64,000 nt of DNA from Hyphomicrobiales bacterium (GTDB lineage Bacteria > Pseudomonadota > Alphaproteobacteria > Rhizobiales > Xanthobacteraceae): the NCBI GenBank assembly GCA_018335895.1, contig JAGXQU010000081.1, positions 8,045 through 72,044 on the forward strand. The letters are read 5' to 3'. Below the pieces are notes generated by a model. It saw only the letters and a list, made by a program, of their open reading frames with translations, searched no databases and had not been told where the DNA came from. Positions 11,759-20,506 of the stretch are shown here, in pieces. Position numbers and translations under genes: made by a program. Within the stretch, counting starts at the first letter, position 1. Every line of letters starts with the position of its first letter.

Positions 11759-12580
11759 ATGTCAAAGCGAACTTTCACCAAGAATCTCAAATATGTTGTG
11801 CTCGCGATCATCATCTTCGGACCAATTGTGTATTTCGCGCCTTACATCGCGATTACTTACGCCTTGTTCGGTGCTTACGATGTATCGAGAAACACCGATC
11901 TCGATAGCTTCGTGATCCAGCGCTATTTTCTTGGAAATGGCATTTTGACTTGGGTGTTATCGCCCTTTAACGCGCTACTCGATCTGATCGCGCTCCCATT
12001 CATCAATCGGGGTGTCTATCGGTTGGAGGACTTACCTACGGGCCATCGAGCCGAAGTCGAACGCCTCATCCAGATTTCGACCAGCGAGAACCTCGTCGCG
12101 AGACTAGAGGAGAAGGCGAAAGAGTTTCCGCGCACCATGATCTTCTTCAAATGGTACGGTAAGAACGTCGATACGATCATCGATGTTCCTGCTTTTCACG
12201 AAAAATGGAAATACATTCAGACCATTGGCGTTTCAGTCTTCAACAAAAAGGTTTCAACTTCGCGGCATTTTGGACCTTTGCGCGCGACATTCCGCGTTCT
12301 CTACAACCTGAACGACATAAAGGATAAGTCCGCTTACATCATCGTCGGCAATACAACGAGTTATTGGTCGGAAAACAAGCTTTTCATCTTCGACGATACG
12401 CTTATGCATCAGTCGATTAATGGCACGGAAAAGACGCGTTACTGCCTTTTCGTGGATATGGTGCGTCCGGCGCCTTTCAGAGCGCCCTTTGTCGCTATCG
12501 TGAAAGTCATTCGCTTCTTTGCGAGCGGCTTTAACTCGATTTTCTATAAGAATTGGATCGTGTTGAAGAAAGATGCGTAA
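11759..12580 (+). CDS. aspartyl/asparaginyl beta-hydroxylase family protein (LpxO-like) with N-terminal TM segments
   Basis: C-terminal half resembles Asp_Arg_Hydrox dioxygenases ('SRHFGPLRATFRVLYNL...FIFDDTLMHQSINGTEKTRYCLFVD'). Lies in an AT-richer region. Confidence 0.65.
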   Translation: MSKRTFTKNLKYVVLAIIIFGPIVYFAPYIAITYALFGAYDVSRNTDLDSFVIQRYFLGNGILTWVLSPFNALLDLIALPFINRGVYRLEDLPTGHRAEVERLIQISTSENLVARLEEKAKEFPRTMIFFKWYGKNVDTIIDVPAFHEKWKYIQTIGVSVFNKKVSTSRHFGPLRATFRVLYNLNDIKDKSAYIIVGNTTSYWSENKLFIFDDTLMHQSINGTEKTRYCLFVDMVRPAPFRAPFVAIVKVIRFFASGFNSIFYKNWIVLKKDA

Positions 12581-12608
12581 AGCACAAGAGCTGCTAGCGA
12601 CTCATCGT

Positions 12609-12932
12609 ATGCGCTACTTCGCTGTTTGCTTTATCTGTGTTTTTATAGGGGCGTGCTCGCACGTTTCCCCGAGTGCAGAGAACTACGATGGCGTTCCAGC
12701 TACACAGTTCAATTATAGGGACGCCGTATACCGGGCGCACGACATCCCAGCCTCAGGAATGCTTTTACTTTCTCGTTCTCGGGAAAGCGGAAGGAACCAC
12801 GATCAGCACGACATCGATGCAGCGGCCCGTGCGTATTTTTCAGGTATTGGCCGGCCTCAATGTCTCATTCTAGCAATAGAAGAGAAAGGTGCAGACCGGT
12901 GGGAGATCAAATACAGCTGCCAACTGCAATAG
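12609..12932 (+). CDS. hypothetical lipoprotein
   Basis: Lipobox-like 'FIGAC' after a hydrophobic N-terminus. The track ORF starts at 12573. Confidence 0.4.
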   Translation: MRYFAVCFICVFIGACSHVSPSAENYDGVPATQFNYRDAVYRAHDIPASGMLLLSRSRESGRNHDQHDIDAAARAYFSGIGRPQCLILAIEEKGADRWEIKYSCQLQ

Positions 12933-12953
12933 CTTTTAGACAAGGTATTTTTC

Positions 12954-13151
12954 ATGTCATCTGTTGAAGACGGATTGGACAAAACCAGTTTGCTTAAAAT
13001 CCTGATACGTGAGCTTGGTGACGTGGTCGATTTGGCAGCCATGTCTGGTTGCGATGCGCTCGCGCAGCGACTGAGCGATGCTCTCATTGAATCCAAAAGA
13101 CTTTACATAGCAACTCTTCGGGAGAATCGCCTTCAATATCGACATACCTAG
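12954..13151 (+). CDS. hypothetical protein (65 aa)
   Basis: ORF only. Confidence 0.25.
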   Translation: MSSVEDGLDKTSLLKILIRELGDVVDLAAMSGCDALAQRLSDALIESKRLYIATLRENRLQYRHT

Positions 13152-13173
13152 TTTCTTCGCTGCAAAGTATTAC

Positions 13174-15294
13174 TTACTTTGGCGTTGCGTCACGCAAGAG
13201 TCGCATCGCATTTGCCGTTACAAGCACTGTCGCCCCTGTATCAGCAAGGATCGCAGGCCACAGTCCAGTGATGCCCATGACGGTTGTCGCGAGAAATACT
13301 GCCTTGAGGCCGAGTGCGATTGTGATGTTCTGCCTGATGTTTCTCATCGTGCGCTTAGAAAGATCAATCATGTTGGCAACATCACTCACCCGGCCATGAA
13401 GCACTGCGGCATCGGCTGTCTCCAGCGCTACATCTGTTCCGCCACCCATAGCGATACCTACGTCTGCAGCTGCGAGCGCAGGTGCATCGTTGATGCCGTC
13501 ACCGACTTTGCCAACCACTTCACCGGACTTCTTGAGTTGCGCAACAATATCCATTTTGTCTTGTGGTAAAAGTTCACCGCGTGGCTCAATGCCCAATGTC
13601 TGACCGATCGCTTGCGCGGTTCGCTTGTTATCGCCCGTCAGCATCAAAGTCTTGATACCGAGATCTTTCAGCCGCTGTAAGCCTGCCTTAGCATCCTCTC
13701 GTGGTTCATCGCGCAATGCGAGCAAGCCAGCAACTTGCTTGTTCACAACTAGGACGGAGACAGTCTTTCCCTCGTCATTCAGAGTGACGATGCAGGATTT
13801 TTGATTTTCAGAAAGTTGTGCGTATTCGGCAACGGATTGCGGCGAACCTAAAAATGCGATCTCACCACCGACATTTGCACTGACCCCTTTACCGGAAATC
13901 GCCTTTGCATCCGACGCTGGCGGTATCGGCGTATTATCGGACTTGGCCCGGCCCAGGATTGCGAGAGCCAGCGGATGCGATGAGCCAACTTCCAATGCTG
14001 CGGCCAGGGACAGAACGCGCTTTTCGTCTGCGTTACCTGCGATCACATCTGTAACCACCGGTTTTCCTTCAGTGAGTGTGCCGGTCTTATCGAAGGCAAT
14101 GGTGGTCAGACTTCCAAGCTGTTCCAGAACTGCTCCACCCTTCAAGAGAAGGCCGCGACGCGCGCCAGAGGACAATGCCGACGCAATCGCGGCGGGCGTT
14201 GAAATCACAAGTGCGCACGGACAGCCGATCAAAAGAACGGCAAGACCCTTGTAAATCCATTCATCCCATCCTCCGAAACCAAGCAGCGGTAGAAGTGTCG
14301 CTACCGCAGCCGCAAACACTACCACAGCCGGTGTGTAGTACTTCGAGAATCGGTCAATGAAACGCTCGGTCGGCGCTTTGCTCTCTTGCGCTTCCTCAAC
14401 GAGCCGAATAACACGCGCGATAGTATTGTCGCTAGCGGCAGCTGTAACCCTGATTGTCAGCGCGGCTTCGCCGTTGATCGTGCCAGCGAATACATTGTCG
14501 TCGGCCCGTTTTCGTTTCGGGATGCTCTCGCCAGTAACGGGCGCTTCGTTCACTTCGCTCTCGCCTTCCAATATCACACCGTCTGCCGCAATGCGATCGC
14601 CAGGACGCACCAATACCTTCGCGCCAACCTTGAGTTCAGAAGCGGGTACTTCTTTCGTCTGACTATTTTCGATCAGCAAAGCTGTTTTGGGAATGAGATC
14701 GCTCAGGCCATGAATACTGGCTCTTGCGCGCGCTGCGGCCACACCTTCCAGCATTTCGCCGACCAGAAATAGGAATACGACCATCGCAGCTTCTTCCGTC
14801 GCGCCGATCACGACTGCGCCGACTGCGGCAATAGTCATCAGGCTCTCGATCGAAAACGGCATTCCAACGCGCGCGGCATTGAACGCGCGCTTCGCAATCG
14901 GCACCAGGCCAATACCGAGCGCTGCTAGGAACGCAAACGCTTCGACCGTAGGAAATACCCTTCCAACTCCATAGGCCCCGACTAGAGCAAGACCACATGC
15001 TACGGTTAGAAGCGCGCGCCTGCTTTTCCACCAAGGGCCAGAATCGGTCCGCTCGTAGTGCGAATGTGTATCGTCGGCCTCGGGCTTTGCCTTGTAGCCG
15101 ACTCTTTTCACCGCTTCGGCTATTGCTTTCGTGTTTGTTTGTGGCAAATGGCTGATGCTCATCGCTCCTGTGGTGACGCTGATATTGACATCGTGCACAC
15201 CCTCAACGCGACGTACCGCTGCCTCCACCTTCGCACCACAGGCGGCACAGTCCATACCCTCGACCCGGAACCGGGAGGTCTGGAGATCGCTCAT
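13174..15294 (-). CDS. heavy-metal translocating P1B-type ATPase (Zn/Cd/Pb type, CadA/ZntA-like)
   Basis: N-terminal HMA domain 'GMDCAACG', TM 'CPC' motif (IGCPCALVISTP), phosphorylation site 'FDKTGTLT' and 'GDGINDAP'. Confidence 0.95.
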   Translation of the reverse strand: MSDLQTSRFRVEGMDCAACGAKVEAAVRRVEGVHDVNISVTTGAMSISHLPQTNTKAIAEAVKRVGYKAKPEADDTHSHYERTDSGPWWKSRRALLTVACGLALVGAYGVGRVFPTVEAFAFLAALGIGLVPIAKRAFNAARVGMPFSIESLMTIAAVGAVVIGATEEAAMVVFLFLVGEMLEGVAAARARASIHGLSDLIPKTALLIENSQTKEVPASELKVGAKVLVRPGDRIAADGVILEGESEVNEAPVTGESIPKRKRADDNVFAGTINGEAALTIRVTAAASDNTIARVIRLVEEAQESKAPTERFIDRFSKYYTPAVVVFAAAVATLLPLLGFGGWDEWIYKGLAVLLIGCPCALVISTPAAIASALSSGARRGLLLKGGAVLEQLGSLTTIAFDKTGTLTEGKPVVTDVIAGNADEKRVLSLAAALEVGSSHPLALAILGRAKSDNTPIPPASDAKAISGKGVSANVGGEIAFLGSPQSVAEYAQLSENQKSCIVTLNDEGKTVSVLVVNKQVAGLLALRDEPREDAKAGLQRLKDLGIKTLMLTGDNKRTAQAIGQTLGIEPRGELLPQDKMDIVAQLKKSGEVVGKVGDGINDAPALAAADVGIAMGGGTDVALETADAAVLHGRVSDVANMIDLSKRTMRNIRQNITIALGLKAVFLATTVMGITGLWPAILADTGATVLVTANAMRLLRDATPK

Positions 15295-15323
15295 CGTTCA
15301 ACCCTTTCGTTATTGCGATTCTA

Positions 15324-15354
15324 ACCCTACATCCTCTAGTCACTAGAGGATCAA
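15324..15354 (-). promoter_or_regulatory. MerR-type promoter/operator for the P-type ATPase
   Basis: The minus strand reads TTGATC-19 nt-TAGGGT. The 19-nt spacer contains the perfect dyad ATCCTCTAGT-C/G-ACTAGAGGAT (15331-15351). Confidence 0.75.
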
Positions 15355-15362
15355 GAGGAACC

Positions 15363-15764
15363 ATGAAGACCTATTCTATTGGGGAAGCTGCCCGTCACAG
15401 CGGCGTCAAAGTACCTACCATTCGCTATTACGAAATCATCGGTCTTATGCCTGCACCACCGCGCGCCGATAACGACCGTCGAGTGTTCGATCACGTCGCG
15501 CTGGAGCGCCTGACTTTCATCCGCCAAGCACGCACCATGGGGTTTGAGACGAAGGAAATCGCTGCCCTTCTTTCATTTCGGGACAACCCGCGCCAATCCT
15601 GCGCAAAAGTTGATGAGATCGCGCACACTCGTCTCAACGACATCGAAGAGCGCATTCGACAGCTCCAAACGTTGCGCGACGAACTCAAAATCATGATCGA
15701 AAGCTGCGCCAGCGAGCGCGTTGGCGATTGTCAAATTATTGGGGGAATAAGTGAACGCTGCTGA
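15363..15764 (+). CDS. MerR-family heavy-metal-responsive regulator (CadR/ZntR-like)
   Basis: N-terminal wHTH 'YSIGEAARHSGVKVPTIRYYEIIGL' and C-terminal Cys residues. Divergent from the ATPase gene. Confidence 0.9.
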   Translation: MKTYSIGEAARHSGVKVPTIRYYEIIGLMPAPPRADNDRRVFDHVALERLTFIRQARTMGFETKEIAALLSFRDNPRQSCAKVDEIAHTRLNDIEERIRQLQTLRDELKIMIESCASERVGDCQIIGGISERC

Positions 15765-15851
15765 GCGTGAGTGGCTTGAGTCCTACTCAGCGCCTCTAAC
15801 TCATTAGCTTTTCAATAAAGGCTATCGAGTTGAACTCGTTGTAAATGCCGA

Positions 15852-15899
15852 AAAAGCTAATAAGCATGCCACTTGAAAAGCTAATAAGCATACCACTTG
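15852..15899. repeat. 24-bp tandem direct repeat x2 carrying the att-like core (copies B1, B2)
   Basis: AAAAGCTAATAAGCATGCCACTTG / AAAAGCTAATAAGCATACCACTTG, one mismatch. A degenerate third core AAAAATAATAAG lies at 15914-15925. Confidence 0.9.
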
Positions 15900-16024
15900 A
15901 GATGTTTCGACACAAAAATAATAAGTAGCTGACTTCAGAAGTTTTCAGAATTTTCTGACATGTAGCCCGCTTTTAAAATTAACGAACAGCAGCAATCTGA
16001 AGTTATGTGCGCGTCCTAGGGGGT

Positions 16025-16396
16025 TTACCCATTCGCGCCACTAAGAGCCTTCAGTTGCTTCACTGCAATCTCCAAGTCCCGATCTGAAAGTGCTCGACCA
16101 AGTTCGTTGAGCTGCGTAAGCAGGACGACCTTCTTTTGGCTTTGCCTGCCCTTCCCTTTTACATTCTCGAAAAATTCTTCAATCGGGATTCCGAGCTGCG
16201 TTGAAATCGCGTCCAATGTCTCAAGGCTGGGTAGACCTTTGGCTCTTTCGATATTGGATATTGCGTCAACCGACTTATCAATAAGCTCCGCAAGCCCATC
16301 CTGAGTAAGCCTTCGTGCCTTCCGGATGGTCTTCAGTTTAATCGCAATACGTTGTTTCAGGTCCATTTCCGGAGTTTTCTCCGGCCAAACCCGCAT
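16025..16396 (-). CDS. XRE-family HTH transcriptional regulator (repressor-like)
   Basis: '[49 protein letters not shown]'. An alternative ATG start is at 16366. Divergent from the downstream genes. Confidence 0.8.
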   Translation of the reverse strand: MRVWPEKTPEMDLKQRIAIKLKTIRKARRLTQDGLAELIDKSVDAISNIERAKGLPSLETLDAISTQLGIPIEEFFENVKGKGRQSQKKVVLLTQLNELGRALSDRDLEIAVKQLKALSGANG

Positions 16397-16489
16397 TTAA
16401 ACCGCTAGAGTGCGGTCTTTTGAGTTGATTTCCGTATAACTCTACGGATTCATGTCCTCCGTCCGGCTCTTATTCCGGGAGGAGACTTC

Positions 16490-17290
16490 ATGGATATTGC
16501 AGGTGTTGCCGCAGCAGATGGACTCTTCGCGGGTATCAATGAGACCATCAATGAGCGCCTGAGTGTAGCGGACTACCGAACTCTTACGGCAGCCCGTCAA
16601 CTAGCCGCGAAAAGGCCGCTAGTTCTCGACGGCAAGGAGTTCATCCAAGTCCTTTTCGAGATCGTCAGCAAAAACTGGGATGCCATTTCTCACGGAGCAA
16701 GCAAGCGTCCATCTACTGAGAATTTTCGTTGGCATAAACCAAAACTCTCAATCGCTAAGCACAACAAAAGTCTCGAGGTCACACTGGAACGCGCGTTCAT
16801 GCGGGCGTGCTCTAATGCGGGAAACAGAAACTGGTCCAATCAAGTTCCGGTCATATCTGGCATCGCCGGATCAAGAGCATTTAAGCGCTTCGCAATCGAT
16901 CTTGTTTGCCGGCGCGGTTCTGTAGACTTTGAGTTTGTCGAATTAAAATTGAAAAGTGACACGCCGCTATTTGCGGCGATCGAAATTCTTTTATACGGCA
17001 TCCTATGGCTGCTTTCCCGGCGCGACAGAGAACGCCTAGGATACTCGACAAATCCAATTATTGCCGCGCCGTCTCTTCAACTAAGTATTTTAGCGCCGCT
17101 AGAGTTTTATGCTGATACCGATTTACGTGAGTTTTTCACAGCACTAGATATCGGCGTTCGGACTCTTGGCGCGCGGCACAATGTTTGGATGGGATTTCGG
17201 GCTACCGCATTCCTGAGCAACTTTTCCTGGCCGGGAACGTACAGCGACGATGAACTTCTCAGTGCCTTCAACGATCGCGTGGTCTTGTAA
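16490..17290 (+). CDS. hypothetical protein with PD-(D/E)xK nuclease-like motif
   Basis: 'FAIDLVCRRGSVDFEFVELKLKSD' has D...ExK spacing typical of restriction-endonuclease-fold proteins. No other family recognised. Confidence 0.45.
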   Translation: MDIAGVAAADGLFAGINETINERLSVADYRTLTAARQLAAKRPLVLDGKEFIQVLFEIVSKNWDAISHGASKRPSTENFRWHKPKLSIAKHNKSLEVTLERAFMRACSNAGNRNWSNQVPVISGIAGSRAFKRFAIDLVCRRGSVDFEFVELKLKSDTPLFAAIEILLYGILWLLSRRDRERLGYSTNPIIAAPSLQLSILAPLEFYADTDLREFFTALDIGVRTLGARHNVWMGFRATAFLSNFSWPGTYSDDELLSAFNDRVVL

Positions 17291-17292
17291 CC

Positions 17293-18540
17293 ATGCGATT
17301 GCGAATTCACCGCGGTGCCCATGAAATCGGCGGCAGCTGTGTAGAGCTTCAAGCTGAAGGCTGCTCAATACTGCTCGATATAGGGCTGCCCCTCGACGCA
17401 CCCGAGCCCGCCCCCTCCTTGCTACCGGCAATCTCAGGGCTGGCCGACGGTACCAATCCAAACTTGCTGGGGGTAGTAATTTCTCATTCGCATGGAGATC
17501 ACTACGGGCTCGGAGGCCTTGTCCATTCCTCCGTGCCAATGTTTATCGGACCCCGCGCGAAGACGATGCTAATGGCGAGCACGCCATTTATTCGATTGCC
17601 CTTGGATCCTAACGCTTTGCAGACGTACCGAAACCGCGAAACGTTTAGCTTGGGACCGTTCGCAATCACACCTTTTCTGACCGATCACTCTGCGTTCGAT
17701 GCCTATAGCCTTCTTGTGGAAACAAATGACAAACGGGTCTTTTACTCGGGCGACATTCGGGCTCACGGCAGAAAGTCTTATCTCGTCGAAAACCTGCTGA
17801 AGAAGCCACCTTCAGCGATCGATACGCTGCTGCTTGAGGGAACGACCCTCAGTCGTTCGGAAGACCGCAGTAGCAAATCCACGACGGAACTTGAGCTTGA
17901 GAATCAAATCTTCAACGAAATACGTGACGCGCCTGGACTAGTGCTTGCGTCTTTCTCACCCCAGAACATCGATCGCTTTGTCACTTTCTATAAGGCGGCA
18001 CGAAGGGCGGGTCGTGAATTCATAGGTGATGTTTATCTAGCCCATATTCTGAGCGAGCTTAATTTAGCTACGTTGCCGCAAGCGGCCGACAGGAAGTTTC
18101 GGGTCTATCTTCCGCAACGACAAAGATCGCGAATTATCGCGGACCAGGCCTTTCACCTGCTCAACGGTCTGGGTGCTTCGCGAATTTACTTGGAAGAAAT
18201 CGGGTCAAAGCCCGAAGGATGGGTAATGCTGTTTCGTGAATCGATGATGCCCGACATCGATAGACTGCCTCGTTCCATCTCAGCCACCTTACTCTACTCG
18301 TTCTGGCCGGGTTACTTGGCGCAAGAAAATCAAAGACTCCAGCGTTGGTGTGAGGACCGCGGAATACCACTCAAGCTCCTTCACACGTCCGGGCACGCGG
18401 ATACGCAAACGCTTATCCGCTTTGCCAAAGCGCTACGGCCTAAAACCGTGATCCCGATCCATACGATGGCGTCGGCCGTGATGGAGCGATTGATACCCAA
18501 CGTCGTGATCGTTCCCGACGGCGAATGGCATACAGTTTAA
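17293..18540 (+). CDS. MBL-fold metallo-hydrolase, beta-CASP/RNase J-like nuclease
   Basis: 'VISHSHGDHYG' (HxHxDH), 'LTDHS', 'YSGD' and C-terminal 'LLHTSGHAD'. Starts 3 nt after the previous stop. Confidence 0.8.
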   Translation: MRLRIHRGAHEIGGSCVELQAEGCSILLDIGLPLDAPEPAPSLLPAISGLADGTNPNLLGVVISHSHGDHYGLGGLVHSSVPMFIGPRAKTMLMASTPFIRLPLDPNALQTYRNRETFSLGPFAITPFLTDHSAFDAYSLLVETNDKRVFYSGDIRAHGRKSYLVENLLKKPPSAIDTLLLEGTTLSRSEDRSSKSTTELELENQIFNEIRDAPGLVLASFSPQNIDRFVTFYKAARRAGREFIGDVYLAHILSELNLATLPQAADRKFRVYLPQRQRSRIIADQAFHLLNGLGASRIYLEEIGSKPEGWVMLFRESMMPDIDRLPRSISATLLYSFWPGYLAQENQRLQRWCEDRGIPLKLLHTSGHADTQTLIRFAKALRPKTVIPIHTMASAVMERLIPNVVIVPDGEWHTV

Positions 18541-18773
18541 CGGGCGCTATCACTTCAGTTGAAATAAATTTGGCGCACCAATCTATCTATTGAAGCCCGA
18601 TTATTTCCCTGCCTGCGGGCATTAGATCAATGCGTGCAGGATTCTTCTGTTAACGGGTAAATACAACCCGCGCCGCTAGGCCCCCTCAGCACCCGCCATT
18701 TTCTGTTTTCCGTTGAGTACGCCGGTTAAAGGTAGGGCAAGCGCATCGCTTCGCCCGATCGACGGAGCTTGTC

Positions 18774-20129
18774 ATGAGCAATCTTACGAAGCGCGGCGTG
18801 GAACTCACTATTGAATACATTCCGATCACGGAGATCAGGAACAACCCGAATAACGCAAGATCTCACGGACAAAAGCAGATTGAGAGGCTGGCGAAGGGTA
18901 TCGCTAAATTCGGCTTCCTGGTGCCAGTCCTCCTAAATGCCGAAGGCATCTTGCTCGCCGGGCATGCACGCGTTGAGGCTGCTGCCCTCGCCGGCTACGC
19001 TTCCATACCAGCAATTCGCACCCACCACTTGGATCCTGCTGAGCAGCGAGCCTTCGTGCTTGCAGACAACCGGATGGCCGAACTTGCGGTTTGGGACGAC
19101 CAGGCTCTCAAACGCGAACTTCAGTTTTTGACTGAATTTGACATTGACTTCGACTTCTCGACGATCGGCTTCGAGACCCCGGAGGTCGACTTCCTCCTCG
19201 GCGACGCAAAAGGTCCGGATAGCCCGGACGAAGCTGATATTGCGCCAATCCTCACACAGGCCGCGGTGACTGCGCCAAACGATTTGTGGGCGCTAGGAAA
19301 TCATCTTCTGTACTGCGGTGAAGCGCTTGATCCCTCATCCTATGAAGCGCTGCTCGGTAGCGACCGCGCGAGAATGGTCTTTTCAGATCCTCCTTACAAC
19401 GTACCTATCAACGGCCATGTTGGAGGCCTCGGCGCAAACCAGCATCGTGAGTTTGCGATGGCGGCCGGCGAAATGACCTCTGAGCAGTTTACCGCTTTTC
19501 TGACGAGCACATTTGAGCAAGCGGTAAAATTCTCCGTCGACGGCGCCATCGCCTATATCTGCATGGACTGGCGTCACGCTCATGAAATTCTACGCGCAGG
19601 TGAGGTTTTTACCCAACTCAAAAACATATGCGTCTGGGTGAAAAATAATGGTGGCATGGGATCGCTCTATCGATCCCAGCACGAGTTCGTATTCGTGTTC
19701 AAGAACGGCAGCGCCGCTCATATCAACAACGTGGAACTAGGCAAACATGGCCGCAATCGTACGAACGTCTGGGAGTATGCCGGCTTGAGCAGTTTCGGTA
19801 ACGACCGAGACAGCCTTCTTAAGGTCCATCCGACCGTGAAGCCCGTTGCCCTTGTCGCCGATGCTATCAAGGACTGCTCAAAGCGCGGTGATCTCATTCT
19901 TGATCAATTCGGCGGGTCTGGAACGACGATCATTGCAGCGGAGAAGACGCAGCGCCGAGCGCGGGTCGTTGAAATCGACCCGCTTTATGTCGACGCGACG
20001 ATCCGTCGTTGGCAGGCCTATACGGGGAAGACCGCAGTCTGCGCGCGAACCGGCATTTCGTTCTCAGAGAAAGAAACGTCCTTGAAAAGCGCCGTCGGAG
20101 AAAACGTAGCCGGTGAGGCTGCGTCATGA
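18774..20129 (+). CDS. ParB-like nuclease domain fused to N6-adenine/N4-cytosine DNA methyltransferase
   Basis: N-terminal ParB/Srx-like 'PNNARSHGQKQIERLAKGIAKFGFLVPVL', motif IV 'SDPPY' and motif I 'DQFGGSGTT'. Confidence 0.9.
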   Translation: MSNLTKRGVELTIEYIPITEIRNNPNNARSHGQKQIERLAKGIAKFGFLVPVLLNAEGILLAGHARVEAAALAGYASIPAIRTHHLDPAEQRAFVLADNRMAELAVWDDQALKRELQFLTEFDIDFDFSTIGFETPEVDFLLGDAKGPDSPDEADIAPILTQAAVTAPNDLWALGNHLLYCGEALDPSSYEALLGSDRARMVFSDPPYNVPINGHVGGLGANQHREFAMAAGEMTSEQFTAFLTSTFEQAVKFSVDGAIAYICMDWRHAHEILRAGEVFTQLKNICVWVKNNGGMGSLYRSQHEFVFVFKNGSAAHINNVELGKHGRNRTNVWEYAGLSSFGNDRDSLLKVHPTVKPVALVADAIKDCSKRGDLILDQFGGSGTTIIAAEKTQRRARVVEIDPLYVDATIRRWQAYTGKTAVCARTGISFSEKETSLKSAVGENVAGEAAS

Positions 20130-20506
20130 ACGACGATGAAAAGACGGGTTACAAGCAGCCGCCGAAAGCCGGTCAGTTCAAAGCAGGAAGATCGGGAAAC
20201 CCGAAGGGGCGCCCCAAAGGCACGCGCAATCTCAAGACCGACTTGAATGTGCTTTTGAGGAAACGGATCGTAGTCCGTGAAGATGGAGAAACTCGCTACG
20301 TCAGTCGTCAGGAAGCGATGTTACTCAGTCTCTTCAGCAAGGCGGTTCGCGGCGACGTGAAGGCTTCAAATAGCCTCTTGGCCATGGTTATAAAGCTCGA
20401 TCCACCGCCCCTAAAGAACGCCGAGTCCGAGACAGAAGCCGTGTCGGCGTCAGATAGTACGATCATCCAGCAGTTCTTCGAACGGAGCCGGTCAAATGGT
20501 TCCTAA
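20126..20506 (+). CDS. DUF5681-like protein (terminase small-subunit-like)
   Basis: 'SGNPKGRPKGTRN' motif. ATGA overlap with the methyltransferase, and precedes the large terminase. Confidence 0.65.
   Translation: MNDDEKTGYKQPPKAGQFKAGRSGNPKGRPKGTRNLKTDLNVLLRKRIVVREDGETRYVSRQEAMLLSLFSKAVRGDVKASNSLLAMVIKLDPPPLKNAESETEAVSASDSTIIQQFFERSRSNGS

Noticed and set aside
15852-15925. Possible mini-CRISPR array
   Set aside because: There are only two adjacent 24-bp units with no spacers and no cas genes. It is a simple tandem duplication of the att-like core.
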